Assembly (NCBI GenBank): GCA_000434335.1
Contig: FR878314.1
Coordinates: 992-64,991, forward strand
Reading direction: 5' to 3'
Source of the DNA: Clostridium sp. CAG:492
GTDB taxonomy: Bacteria > Bacillota > Clostridia > TANB77 > CAG-508
Length of the DNA stretch: 64,000 nt
Made by a program: the position numbers and the translations under genes. Below are positions 34,737-42,901 of the stretch, piece after piece. The number at the start of each line of letters is the position of its first letter. Position 1 is the stretch's first letter. The notes below the pieces were generated by a model that saw nothing but the letters and a program-made list of their open reading frames with translations, was not told the origin of the DNA and did not search any database.

Positions 34737-36119
34737 ATGATTATGGAAATTCCTATACAAAAAAATAAGGAATATATAGTTGATGTAATTGATAATGGAT
34801 TTGAAGGAGAAGGGATTGCAAAAATAGATAATTTTACAATCTTTATTGATGGTGCAATAAAAGGCGAAAAATGTAAAATATTAATAGTAAAAATAACATC
34901 ATCACATGCATTTGGAAAATTATTAGAGCTAATAGAGCAATCTCCTGTAAGATGTACTCCAGATTGTGAAACATATAAAAGATGTGGTGGATGCAATTTA
35001 CGACATATTGATTATGAAGAAACATTAAACATAAAGCAAAAAAAAGTCCAAAATTTAATAAACAAAACACTAACTAAAAAAGTAGAAGTAGAAAAAACAT
35101 TAGGAATGGGAAATCCATATAATTATAGAAATAAAGCTCAATATCCAGTAGGCACAAATAAAAATGGAGAAAAAGTTTTTGGTGTGTTTGCTAAAAGAAC
35201 ACATGAAATTATACCAATAAAAGAATGTAAAATTCAAAAAGAAATATCATATGAAATAGCAAACTATATTTTAGACTATATAAAGAAAAATAACATAAGT
35301 GTATATAATGAAAAAAAGCAAACAGGATTAGTACGACATATTGTAACAAAAGTAGGGATTCAAACAAATGAAATTATGTGTATTATTGTAATAAACGGCA
35401 AAGAGCTACCACATGAACTAACTCTTGCTAATAATATAATTGATAAATTTCCAATGGTAAAAACAGTTGTAAAAAATATAAACACAAAAAATACAAATGT
35501 AATAATGGGTCAAAAAAATGAAGCAATAGTTGGAAGAGGTTACATTACAGATGTATTAGGTGATTATATTTTTAAAATATCGCCAATGTCATTTTATCAA
35601 GTCAATCCAATACAAGCAGAGGCTCTTTATAACATTGCAATTGAAAAAGCAAATATTACAAAAGATGATGTGGTATGCGACTTATATTGCGGAATTGGAA
35701 CAATAGGAATATTTGCATCAAAATTTGCTAAAAAAGTATATGGAATTGAAATAGTAAAACAAGCAATAGAAGATGCACACGGGAATGCAAAATTAAACAA
35801 TGTAAACAATATTGAATTCATATGCGGAGATGTGGAGCAAGCATTTGATAAACTAATTAAAAAGGAAAAAGTAGAACCATCAGTAGTAATAGTAGACCCT
35901 CCAAGAAAAGGATTAGATAATAATACAATTGAAAATATTATGAAATTGAATGTAGAAAGAGTTGTATACATAAGCTGTAATCCAGCAACTATGGTGAGAG
36001 ATTTGAAAATGATGGAGGAAAAGTACGAGATAAAGGAAGTTCAGCCAGTGGATATGTTTCCGTTTACATCACATGTGGAAACTATAATGGTTTTAACATT
36101 GAAAAATCAAGGATTATAG
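34737..36119 (+). CDS. 23S rRNA (uracil-5-)-methyltransferase, RumA/RlmD family, with TRAM domain and Fe-S cysteines
   Basis: TRAM N-terminus, a CxxxxxxCGGC cluster (CETYKRCGGCNLRH), the SAM motif DLYCGIGTIG, and DPPRKG. The start could be 34737 or 34743. Confidence 0.85.
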   Translation: MIMEIPIQKNKEYIVDVIDNGFEGEGIAKIDNFTIFIDGAIKGEKCKILIVKITSSHAFGKLLELIEQSPVRCTPDCETYKRCGGCNLRHIDYEETLNIKQKKVQNLINKTLTKKVEVEKTLGMGNPYNYRNKAQYPVGTNKNGEKVFGVFAKRTHEIIPIKECKIQKEISYEIANYILDYIKKNNISVYNEKKQTGLVRHIVTKVGIQTNEIMCIIVINGKELPHELTLANNIIDKFPMVKTVVKNINTKNTNVIMGQKNEAIVGRGYITDVLGDYIFKISPMSFYQVNPIQAEALYNIAIEKANITKDDVVCDLYCGIGTIGIFASKFAKKVYGIEIVKQAIEDAHGNAKLNNVNNIEFICGDVEQAFDKLIKKEKVEPSVVIVDPPRKGLDNNTIENIMKLNVERVVYISCNPATMVRDLKMMEEKYEIKEVQPVDMFPFTSHVETIMVLTLKNQGL

Positions 36120-36456
36120 CAAATAAACAAAAGAAAAATGTTGTAAATGTCAACCGTTTCTCAACTTATAATATATGGTTAAGTTCATTAGTTCCAGTAA
36201 TAGGATTTACATTATCAACAGTTTCTTTAAATTTAGTAAGAACTGTTTGGGAAAAGAATAGAAAATAGTATTACAAAGCAGTTATTAATATGAAATAATA
36301 ACTGCTTTAATTGTGGGTTTTAAATAGTATAAACATGAAAAATTGCTTTCTTTTTTTACTTTTTAATGATAAAATATGGGCAATTAATTAAGAAATAGAA
36401 ATGCAAATGACTGAACAGATTAAGGAATAATGAATTAAATAATAAGGAGGCATAAT

Positions 36457-36921
36457 ATGGAAACAACACTATGTCTATTAAAAAAAGATAATTCAATTTT
36501 GTTAGCAATGAAAAAAAGAGGTTTTGGCTCTGGAAAATACAATGGTATTGGAGGAAAAATAGAAAAGGGAGAAACACCAGACGAAGCAATGATTCGTGAG
36601 ACCAAAGAAGAAATAAAAGTAACTCCAATAAAATACGAAAAGGTTGGAATTATTAATTTCGATGAGTACTACAAAGGCAATAAAGAGCATGTAATACTAC
36701 ACTTATATATGGTATATGAATGGAAAGGAAATCCAAGTGAAAGTGAGGAAATGAATCCAAAGTGGTTTGATATAAAAAAATTACCATTTAACCAAATGCT
36801 ACCAGACGATAAATATTGGCTTCCGTTAATACTTGATGGTAAAAAAATAAAGGCATACTTTAAATTTGATGAAGAGTGGAATTTATTATCAAAAGAGATA
36901 GAAAACGTGCAAATACTATAG
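36457..36921 (+). CDS. Nudix hydrolase (MutT-like)
   Basis: Nudix box GGKIEKGETPDEAMIRETKEEIKV. Confidence 0.8.
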   Translation: METTLCLLKKDNSILLAMKKRGFGSGKYNGIGGKIEKGETPDEAMIRETKEEIKVTPIKYEKVGIINFDEYYKGNKEHVILHLYMVYEWKGNPSESEEMNPKWFDIKKLPFNQMLPDDKYWLPLILDGKKIKAYFKFDEEWNLLSKEIENVQIL

Positions 36922-37020
36922 AAAGATTCGTTGGTGTAAAATTAAAGTAGGCAAAATGAACATAAAATTTTGTCTACTTTTACTTGACACAAACGGCACA
37001 ATAGTTAAAGTAAAATATGC

Positions 37021-37049
37021 TTGATAAATGATAACGGTTTTGTTATAAT
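37021..37049 (+). promoter_or_regulatory. Promoter TTGATA-17-TGtTATAAT
   Basis: Read directly from the sequence. About 110 nt upstream of the large repeat-protein gene, just after the Nudix terminator hairpin (about 36944-36981). Confidence 0.5.
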
Positions 37050-37161
37050 TTTTATAAATTATAAGAACAGGAAGCTATTTTTAGAAACTAAAATATAAAT
37101 ATAAGTATGTAGAAATTATAAAATATAGTTTGAAAAGTAACTTCTAGTGGAGGTACAAAAG

Positions 37162-39675
37162 ATGCGTGAAGTAGATGTAGATAAATTGTTAGATATGATA
37201 AAAAACGAAGACGAAGAACATTTAGAGGAAATAATAGGTGGGTATGGAGAGGAAGAGCAATTTGATTACTTAAAAATGGCAATATGGATCAAAAATAAGA
37301 TTTATATAAAACCAGAGCAAAAAGAAAAGTTGAAAGAAGCGATTTATTTAGAGGATGAATACGACCCAGATATTATTGCTGTCTTTATATCAGCATTATT
37401 AGATAAAGATGAAATTAAAACTTTAATTAATGGAAAAAATAACTTGGAAAGTGAGATATATACAGTTTTTATAAAAACTACAGGAGAAATAGAACAATAT
37501 TTAACAGACGAAAAAATAAAAGAATTAGGATTGGATTCAAAAGATATCTATAAGTTAATAATAGAAACAGGAAAAATAGAACAATATTTAACAACAGAGA
37601 ATATAAGAGGATGGGGACTGGATTCATCACAAATTTGTGAGTTAATAAGAAAGACGGGAAAAATAGAAAAGTATTTAACAACAGAAAATATAAAAAAGTT
37701 GGGACTGGATTCATCTCAAATTTTTGAGCTAATAAGTGAGACAGGAAAAATAGAAAAATATCTAACAACAGAAAATATAAAAAAGTGGGGTTTGGATTCA
37801 TATCAAGTTTGCGAATTAATAGTGAAAACCGGAAAAATAGAAAAATATTTGACGCCAGAAAATATAAGAAAGTGGGGTTTGATACCAGATATTGCTTTTC
37901 AATTCATCAACGAAACATCAAATGATGATAATTTTCAGTTTATTTATAATATGGGGTTTGATCGTACAGAGATAAAAGATTGTAAACTTATATATAAATA
38001 TTTAGATTATTTTTTAGAAATAGAAAAGCAGACTGAAAAAAAAGATATTATAGAAAGAATGTACAAAAAAAACAATGATATAGTAAAGGTAAATTTTGAA
38101 ATATTAGATAATAAATATTTACAAGCATTAGGAGAAGATAAAATAAATCAAATATCTTGCTATCCAGAATATGTAGAGAAAATATTAAATTTAAGTGAAA
38201 CAGAACTAAATTTGTTAGGAAAATGCTTGGAAATTTATGAAAAAAATAATGAAACAGAAGATTGGACACCTTTATGTGAAAGAATATTAAAAAATATTGG
38301 TACTTATAGTAGACTGCTTGAAACAATTGAAGATATTGATCAATTATCTGTCCAAGATATTGATGATTTAATAATAATTCTACTGCAGGAAAATTACTTA
38401 GACATTGAATGTATTGAAGATGTGAGAAATTTTGAAAGTATAAAACAAAAGAAATGTGATGAGATGTTTAAAAATGGAAATATAGAAGAGAAAATAAATG
38501 CTATATGTATTTCAAAATTTGGACAGTCTAAATCAGAGACTGAAGAATTAATAAAAAAATATGCAGAAGGAATAGAATATATAAAAGACAATGATTTACA
38601 ATATTATATAAGAGCTGTAGATGAATTATTATCAATTAATGACCCAGAGATACTTAATCATATATTTAATGAAGTTGAGCCTGTACAAAATGTTAATAGT
38701 ATTTTAATGGAAAGAAATTTGAAAAATGAATATGGAAAATTATATAATGATGGATTATTTTCAATAATCCAAGCTCAAAAGTGTGAAAGTTTAGGAGATA
38801 ATATATACGAAGTTCCTACTGATGAAAATGGTAATATTACTAATTTTAATATGATTATCACATCAATAGCAGCTTTTTTCACAAATAAATCTGAAAATTT
38901 TTACGAAGATTGGAATAGACCAGCTATAGGTTCGCAACATTTTTGTGCAAGTTACATAAGAAGAGATATGTTGGGTAAAGCTAATATTTGGCATTTTTGT
39001 TATGGATTTAGTAATATAACAGACGATAGCTTAATGCTTTCAGGTAGTCGTGATATATTTTCTTCTGATTCTGAATTTGTGTCAAAAGCTGAATGCACAG
39101 AAGAAAGATATTTATCGCCAGATCAGCAAATAAATTGTACAAAAGAGTATAATGAAATGGATTTTAGAAGAATACAAAATGGAAAGAAAAAACAGCCAGA
39201 TTATATAGTTGTATTTAGAGAAAATGGAGAAATTTTTAATATAGATGAAGCAAAAATGGCTTCAGAACAATTTAAAAAAGCAACAGGAAAAGCTTTACCA
39301 ATAGTGATTGTTGACCAAGATAAATGTTTAGAAACCGAGAGAAGATTAGTTATTGAAATGATAGAAGAGTTTAACATAAGCCCATCAAAGGAAAAGGCAG
39401 ATTTAATTTGTCAGAAAATTAGGAATAATCAACAAACAAATATTGAGTTTGCGAGTGATATAGATATTAGTTATATACAAGAATATGATAAAAAAGATGA
39501 TAAAAGAACAGTAACAATAGATGAACTTAATGAGATTTTTGTACTGATAGATCCAAAAGATAGAGAAGAATTGTTAAAAAAATTTAAAGCATTTTGTATT
39601 TGTAAAAAAATAATGGAAAAACAAAGAGGAGAAAAGGAGGCAAAAGGTGATGAAAACGGGGAAATATGCAAATAA
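37162..39675 (+). CDS. Large orphan protein (837 aa) with five tandem 29-aa repeats; function unknown
   Basis: ATG after GGAGG. Long open frame with no signal peptide. The repeats follow TGKIEKYLTTENIKKWGLDSSQICELI.K. I could not assign any catalytic family by eye. Confidence 0.7.
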   Translation: MREVDVDKLLDMIKNEDEEHLEEIIGGYGEEEQFDYLKMAIWIKNKIYIKPEQKEKLKEAIYLEDEYDPDIIAVFISALLDKDEIKTLINGKNNLESEIYTVFIKTTGEIEQYLTDEKIKELGLDSKDIYKLIIETGKIEQYLTTENIRGWGLDSSQICELIRKTGKIEKYLTTENIKKLGLDSSQIFELISETGKIEKYLTTENIKKWGLDSYQVCELIVKTGKIEKYLTPENIRKWGLIPDIAFQFINETSNDDNFQFIYNMGFDRTEIKDCKLIYKYLDYFLEIEKQTEKKDIIERMYKKNNDIVKVNFEILDNKYLQALGEDKINQISCYPEYVEKILNLSETELNLLGKCLEIYEKNNETEDWTPLCERILKNIGTYSRLLETIEDIDQLSVQDIDDLIIILLQENYLDIECIEDVRNFESIKQKKCDEMFKNGNIEEKINAICISKFGQSKSETEELIKKYAEGIEYIKDNDLQYYIRAVDELLSINDPEILNHIFNEVEPVQNVNSILMERNLKNEYGKLYNDGLFSIIQAQKCESLGDNIYEVPTDENGNITNFNMIITSIAAFFTNKSENFYEDWNRPAIGSQHFCASYIRRDMLGKANIWHFCYGFSNITDDSLMLSGSRDIFSSDSEFVSKAECTEERYLSPDQQINCTKEYNEMDFRRIQNGKKKQPDYIVVFRENGEIFNIDEAKMASEQFKKATGKALPIVIVDQDKCLETERRLVIEMIEEFNISPSKEKADLICQKIRNNQQTNIEFASDIDISYIQEYDKKDDKRTVTIDELNEIFVLIDPKDREELLKKFKAFCICKKIMEKQRGEKEAKGDENGEICK
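37480..37914 (+). repeat. Five in-frame tandem 87-bp repeats
   Basis: Units start at 37480, 37567, 37654, 37741 and 37828. Copies 2-4 are near-identical at the DNA level, copy 5 is similar only over roughly its first 57 nt, and copy 1 is more diverged. Confidence 0.9.
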
Positions 39676-39799
39676 AAGAGAAGAAGAAAAAGCAATAAAA
39701 GGCGATTATGGTCGTGTAGCAAAAAAAATTTTAAATATTATAAATGAAAATAAATCAGGAAAAGGTGGTAAAGACGATAAAGGTGGAATGGAAAAATAG
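39650..39799 (+). CDS. Hypothetical 49-aa basic protein, or the N-terminal part of a frameshifted gene
   Basis: ATG 9 nt after GGAGG. It overlaps the end of the 837-aa gene and the start of the 163-aa ORF. Translates to MKTGKYANKREEEKAIKGDYGRVAKKILNIINENKSGKGGKDDKGGMEK. Confidence 0.3.
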   Translation: MKTGKYANKREEEKAIKGDYGRVAKKILNIINENKSGKGGKDDKGGMEK

Positions 39800-40235
39800 T
39801 ATAAATGCGAATACGATTAATAATGTTTTTTCAGAAGTATATGATATTATTTGTCATATGGATGAAGATTTAAGAAATAAAATTCCAAAAAGATTTATTA
39901 AAATAATAAAAGAAAATCGAAACTTAAATTATAATGTAAATATTGATTATAATCAAAACATAAACAAATGGAATATTATATATGATACAAAAGTAATGCT
40001 TTCTGTGATATATAGAGATTTTTTAGTGGATGATAAAAAAAGATATGAGCTTAAAAAGAATGATAGGCTATCAATAGAGGAAAAATATAATACAGAAAAT
40101 CTGTTTAAAAATAATAAAGACGACAAAGAGAAAGTATATAAAGAACAGATAAAAGATGAAAAATCATTAGTTGTAGTAAAAAAAGAAAGATTTTATCATA
40201 AAGTTATAAATTTTATAAGAAAAATTTTTCATTGA
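39744..40235 (+). CDS. Hypothetical 163-aa protein
   Basis: Long open frame in AT-rich DNA, but no RBS before the ATG at 39744. An in-frame stop lies immediately upstream. Confidence 0.55.
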   Translation: MKINQEKVVKTIKVEWKNSINANTINNVFSEVYDIICHMDEDLRNKIPKRFIKIIKENRNLNYNVNIDYNQNINKWNIIYDTKVMLSVIYRDFLVDDKKRYELKKNDRLSIEEKYNTENLFKNNKDDKEKVYKEQIKDEKSLVVVKKERFYHKVINFIRKIFH

Positions 40236-40315
40236 ATAATTAAAGATTATAAAGAAAATGATTTTATTGTTGCAGAAAAATATAATTTGACTTATCATAA
40301 AGAAGGAAGGTTCTC

Positions 40316-40372
40316 ATGAAAATATTAATAATAGGAGCAGGTGTGCTTGGCTCAAATAATAGAAGGGTATGA
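40316..40372 (+). pseudogene. Remnant of a Rossmann-fold NAD(P)-binding gene (18 codons, then a stop)
   Basis: GAAGGAAGG RBS followed by MKILIIGAGVLGSNNRRV*. The IIGAGVLGS stretch is a GxGxxG dinucleotide-binding N-terminus, with nothing following it. Confidence 0.4.
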
Positions 40373-40432
40373 TGAACTAAAACTATCATTATTAAATTAT
40401 GATAAATAAATATAAAAACGGAGGAAGAAAAA

Positions 40433-41533
40433 ATGTCAAATATATTAGATTACATTAAATGGAGAGGTGATTTAACAATACAAAATGATCCTTTTAATGA
40501 AATAGATAGTTTAATTTTATCTAGATTTTCATATTTACCATTTGATGGAATAATAGAAGAAAATGAAGTTGTAACAATAAGAGAGCTAAATGAAAGATTT
40601 CAAAAACAAGATAAAAACAATATAAATATTTTATGGGATGATGATATAAATTTATTTCCATTAATGGGAAATTCAAAAAGATTTGGCGAAATGAAAGCAA
40701 CAAAATATTCAAATAAATTAAATGTAGAAGAAGAGCTTCAGTTTTCTGCAATAACAATATTAGTTCCAGATGATACGATATTTATATCATATAGAGGAAC
40801 TGATAACACAATTGTTGGATGGAAAGAAGACTTTAATATGGGCTTTAAAAGTCATGTTGGAGCACAAATTGATTCTGTAAAATATTTAGAAGAAATAGCT
40901 GATAAATATCCAAAAAATAATATACGAATTGGAGGTCATTCAAAAGGGGGAAATTTAGCTGTATATTCTGCGGTTTTTGCAACAGAAAAAACTAAAAATA
41001 GAATTATAAAAATATACAATAACGATGGACCAGGATTTGATGATGAAATATCAGAATCAGATAATTACAAACAAATGATAACAAAAGTAAATACATATAT
41101 TCCTCAAGAATCTATATTTGGAATGCTACTAAATCATAAAGAAAAATATATAGTAGTAAGAAGTACACAAAAAGGCGTTATGCAACATGATGTGTATTCA
41201 TGGCAATTACTAGGGAAAAATTTTGAATGTTTAAAAGAAGTAACAAATGGTAGTAAAATTATAGATAAATCAATAAAAGATTGGTTTAAACAAATAGATA
41301 TAAAACAAAGAGAGCAAATGATTGATATAATATTTGAAGTAATAAATTCAACACAAATGGATACAATGAGTGATATAAAAGCAGGCGGAATATCAAGTAT
41401 AACAACAATTTTAAAATCATATAAAATGATAGATGCAGAAGACAAAAAAATGCTTTTAAAAACAGTATCAGCATTACTAAAAACAGCAAAAGATAATTTT
41501 TTAGAGCTTAATAAACTAAAAAATGAAGAATAA
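40433..41533 (+). CDS. DUF2974 (Mbeg1-like) alpha/beta-hydrolase/lipase-like protein
   Basis: N-terminal ILDYIKWRGDLT...LILSRFSYLPFDGI and the nucleophile elbow GGHSKGGNLA. Confidence 0.75.
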   Translation: MSNILDYIKWRGDLTIQNDPFNEIDSLILSRFSYLPFDGIIEENEVVTIRELNERFQKQDKNNINILWDDDINLFPLMGNSKRFGEMKATKYSNKLNVEEELQFSAITILVPDDTIFISYRGTDNTIVGWKEDFNMGFKSHVGAQIDSVKYLEEIADKYPKNNIRIGGHSKGGNLAVYSAVFATEKTKNRIIKIYNNDGPGFDDEISESDNYKQMITKVNTYIPQESIFGMLLNHKEKYIVVRSTQKGVMQHDVYSWQLLGKNFECLKEVTNGSKIIDKSIKDWFKQIDIKQREQMIDIIFEVINSTQMDTMSDIKAGGISSITTILKSYKMIDAEDKKMLLKTVSALLKTAKDNFLELNKLKNEE

Positions 41534-41543
41534 AAATCTTTAT

Positions 41544-41572
41544 TTGACATATATTAAAACAAATGCTATAAT
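41544..41572 (+). promoter_or_regulatory. Consensus promoter TTGACA-17-TGcTATAAT driving a short non-coding transcript
   Basis: Perfect -35 and -10 elements with an extended -10. No ORF lies downstream before the terminator. Confidence 0.6.
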
Positions 41573-41578
41573 ATCTAT

Positions 41579-41650
41579 AGCATTAAGCAAAGCAAGTTTT
41601 TTAATTAGAACACAAAAAAAGACTAGGAATCGCACTCCTAGTCTTTTTGT
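41579..41650 (+). ncRNA. Predicted sRNA of about 70 nt (candidate type I antitoxin RNA)
   Basis: Bounded by the consensus promoter and the bidirectional terminator. It contains AGCAAGTTTTTTAATTAGAACAC (41591-41613), a near copy of 41710-41734. That makes it complementary to the start-codon region of the convergent small ORF mRNA. Confidence 0.5.
41614..41650. terminator. Bidirectional intrinsic terminator shared by convergent transcripts
   Basis: Perfect 8-bp stem GACTAGGA/TCCTAGTC (41621-41643) with a 7-nt loop, A7 upstream and T5 downstream. Confidence 0.75.
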
Positions 41651-41657
41651 TGTTTTG

Positions 41658-41723
41658 TTAGTCTTTATCATTTAATATAATATAAACAATAATAAGAGCT
41701 AACATTTTTAGCAAGTTTTTCAA
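41658..41723 (-). CDS. 21-aa hydrophobic peptide MKNLLKMLALIIVYIILNDKD (candidate type I toxin)
   Basis: TTG start 8-10 nt after AGGGAGGTG. A single TM-like core with a charged tail. The stop lies about 14 nt before the shared terminator. Too short to appear in the ORF track. Confidence 0.45.
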   Translation of the reverse strand: MKNLLKMLALIIVYIILNDKD

Positions 41724-41771
41724 TTAGTGAACACCTCCCTTCTTAGAGGGAATGTCCGATAGGACTTGCTA

Positions 41772-41800
41772 ATTATATATTAAATTACAAATACAATCAA
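41772..41800 (-). promoter_or_regulatory. Promoter TTGATT-17-TATAAT for the small-ORF transcript
   Basis: Read on the minus strand. It would place the TSS near 41765, at AGCAAGUCC. Confidence 0.45.
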
Positions 41801-41819
41801 TAAATTATAGTGCAATTCT

Positions 41820-41848
41820 TTGACTTATTGAATAAAATTATATATAAT
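41820..41848 (+). promoter_or_regulatory. Promoter TTGACT-17-TATAAT for the DUF368 gene
   Basis: Read directly from the sequence. Divergent from the small-ORF promoter. Confidence 0.55.
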
Positions 41849-41917
41849 TACTCAAAATTAAAAATAAAAAGTTAAAAGTGCGTAGACTTTTTATAACAAG
41901 GAAAGGAAAATTTTATT

Positions 41918-42781
41918 ATGAAAAATTTTTTCAAAGGAATAATAGTTGGAATTGGAGGAATAGCACCAGGACTAAGTGGTAGCGTTTTACTTGTAATATT
42001 TGGATTATATCAAAAAACAATAAATGCTATTGGAACATTATTTAAAAACTTCAAAAAGAATATAATGTTTTTAGTACCATTATTCTTAGGATTTGGAGTA
42101 GGTGTATTGTTATTTAGCAAAGTAGTAGATTATTTATTAAACACATTTGAAATGCAAACAAGATTTGCATTCTTGGGGCTAGTAATAGGAACAATACCAC
42201 TGTTCTATAAAGAAGTAAAAAAAGAAGGATTCTCAAAAAAATATTATATTTTAATTGCTATATCTGCAATTGCTGGACTACTATTATTTTCACTAAATAA
42301 AGGAGCATTTCCACAAATAGAAAATCCAAATTTAATACAATCTATTATGCTAGGAGTAGCTGTAGCTGGATCATCAATAATACCAGGTGTTGATAGTGCT
42401 GTAATTTTATCTTCACTAGGATTATATGAATTATATGTAAGTTCATTAGCTAACTTTAATTTAAGTGTATTAATACCAGCAGGATTTGGCCTAGTAATAG
42501 GTGCTCTTATAATTTCATTTATAATAAACAAATTAATAAAAAGATTCTATACAGCAACATTTTCAATTATATTTGGATTATTTATATCAATAATTCCAAA
42601 TGTATTAAATGAAAATTGTAAAATGATGTTAGATATAAAAACTGCGGTATCAATTTTAAGCTGTTTAGTAGGCTTTTGCTTATCTTATTATTTAGAGGAT
42701 ATTGAAGGAAATAATGCTAAAATAAAAAATATAATAAAATATTCATCAAGAAAAAGAATTGGAGGAGAAGGCAACGAATAA
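41918..42781 (+). CDS. DUF368 family membrane protein (family recently linked to undecaprenyl-phosphate recycling)
   Basis: Internal duplication with IAPGLSGSVLLVIFGLY and IIPGVDSAVILSSLGLY motifs. Polytopic. Confidence 0.6.
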   Translation: MKNFFKGIIVGIGGIAPGLSGSVLLVIFGLYQKTINAIGTLFKNFKKNIMFLVPLFLGFGVGVLLFSKVVDYLLNTFEMQTRFAFLGLVIGTIPLFYKEVKKEGFSKKYYILIAISAIAGLLLFSLNKGAFPQIENPNLIQSIMLGVAVAGSSIIPGVDSAVILSSLGLYELYVSSLANFNLSVLIPAGFGLVIGALIISFIINKLIKRFYTATFSIIFGLFISIIPNVLNENCKMMLDIKTAVSILSCLVGFCLSYYLEDIEGNNAKIKNIIKYSSRKRIGGEGNE

Positions 42782-42901
42782 TTGGTATTGAATACGGATG
42801 GCTACATTTTTGTGACATTGCAATTACATAATATAGTTAAGAATTATTGTTAAAAACAAAAATATTAATATTTTTTGAAGTATGAAAAAGGAGTAAGAAA
42901 A

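Noticed and set aside
36113-36268. Open frame ending ...NRFSTYNIWLSSLVPVIGFTLSTVSLNLVRTVWEKNRK*, followed by a good terminator (about 36272-36312). It looks like the C-terminus of a membrane protein.
   Set aside because: No ATG, GTG or TTG start or RBS is available, and the frame runs back into the rRNA methyltransferase gene. It might be a 3' gene remnant, but I cannot support a feature from sequence alone.
37480-37914. Tandem 87-bp repeats as a possible CRISPR or other non-coding array.
   Set aside because: The repeats are contiguous with no spacers. They are exact multiples of 3 and are read through in-frame as 29-aa protein repeats. No cas genes are present.
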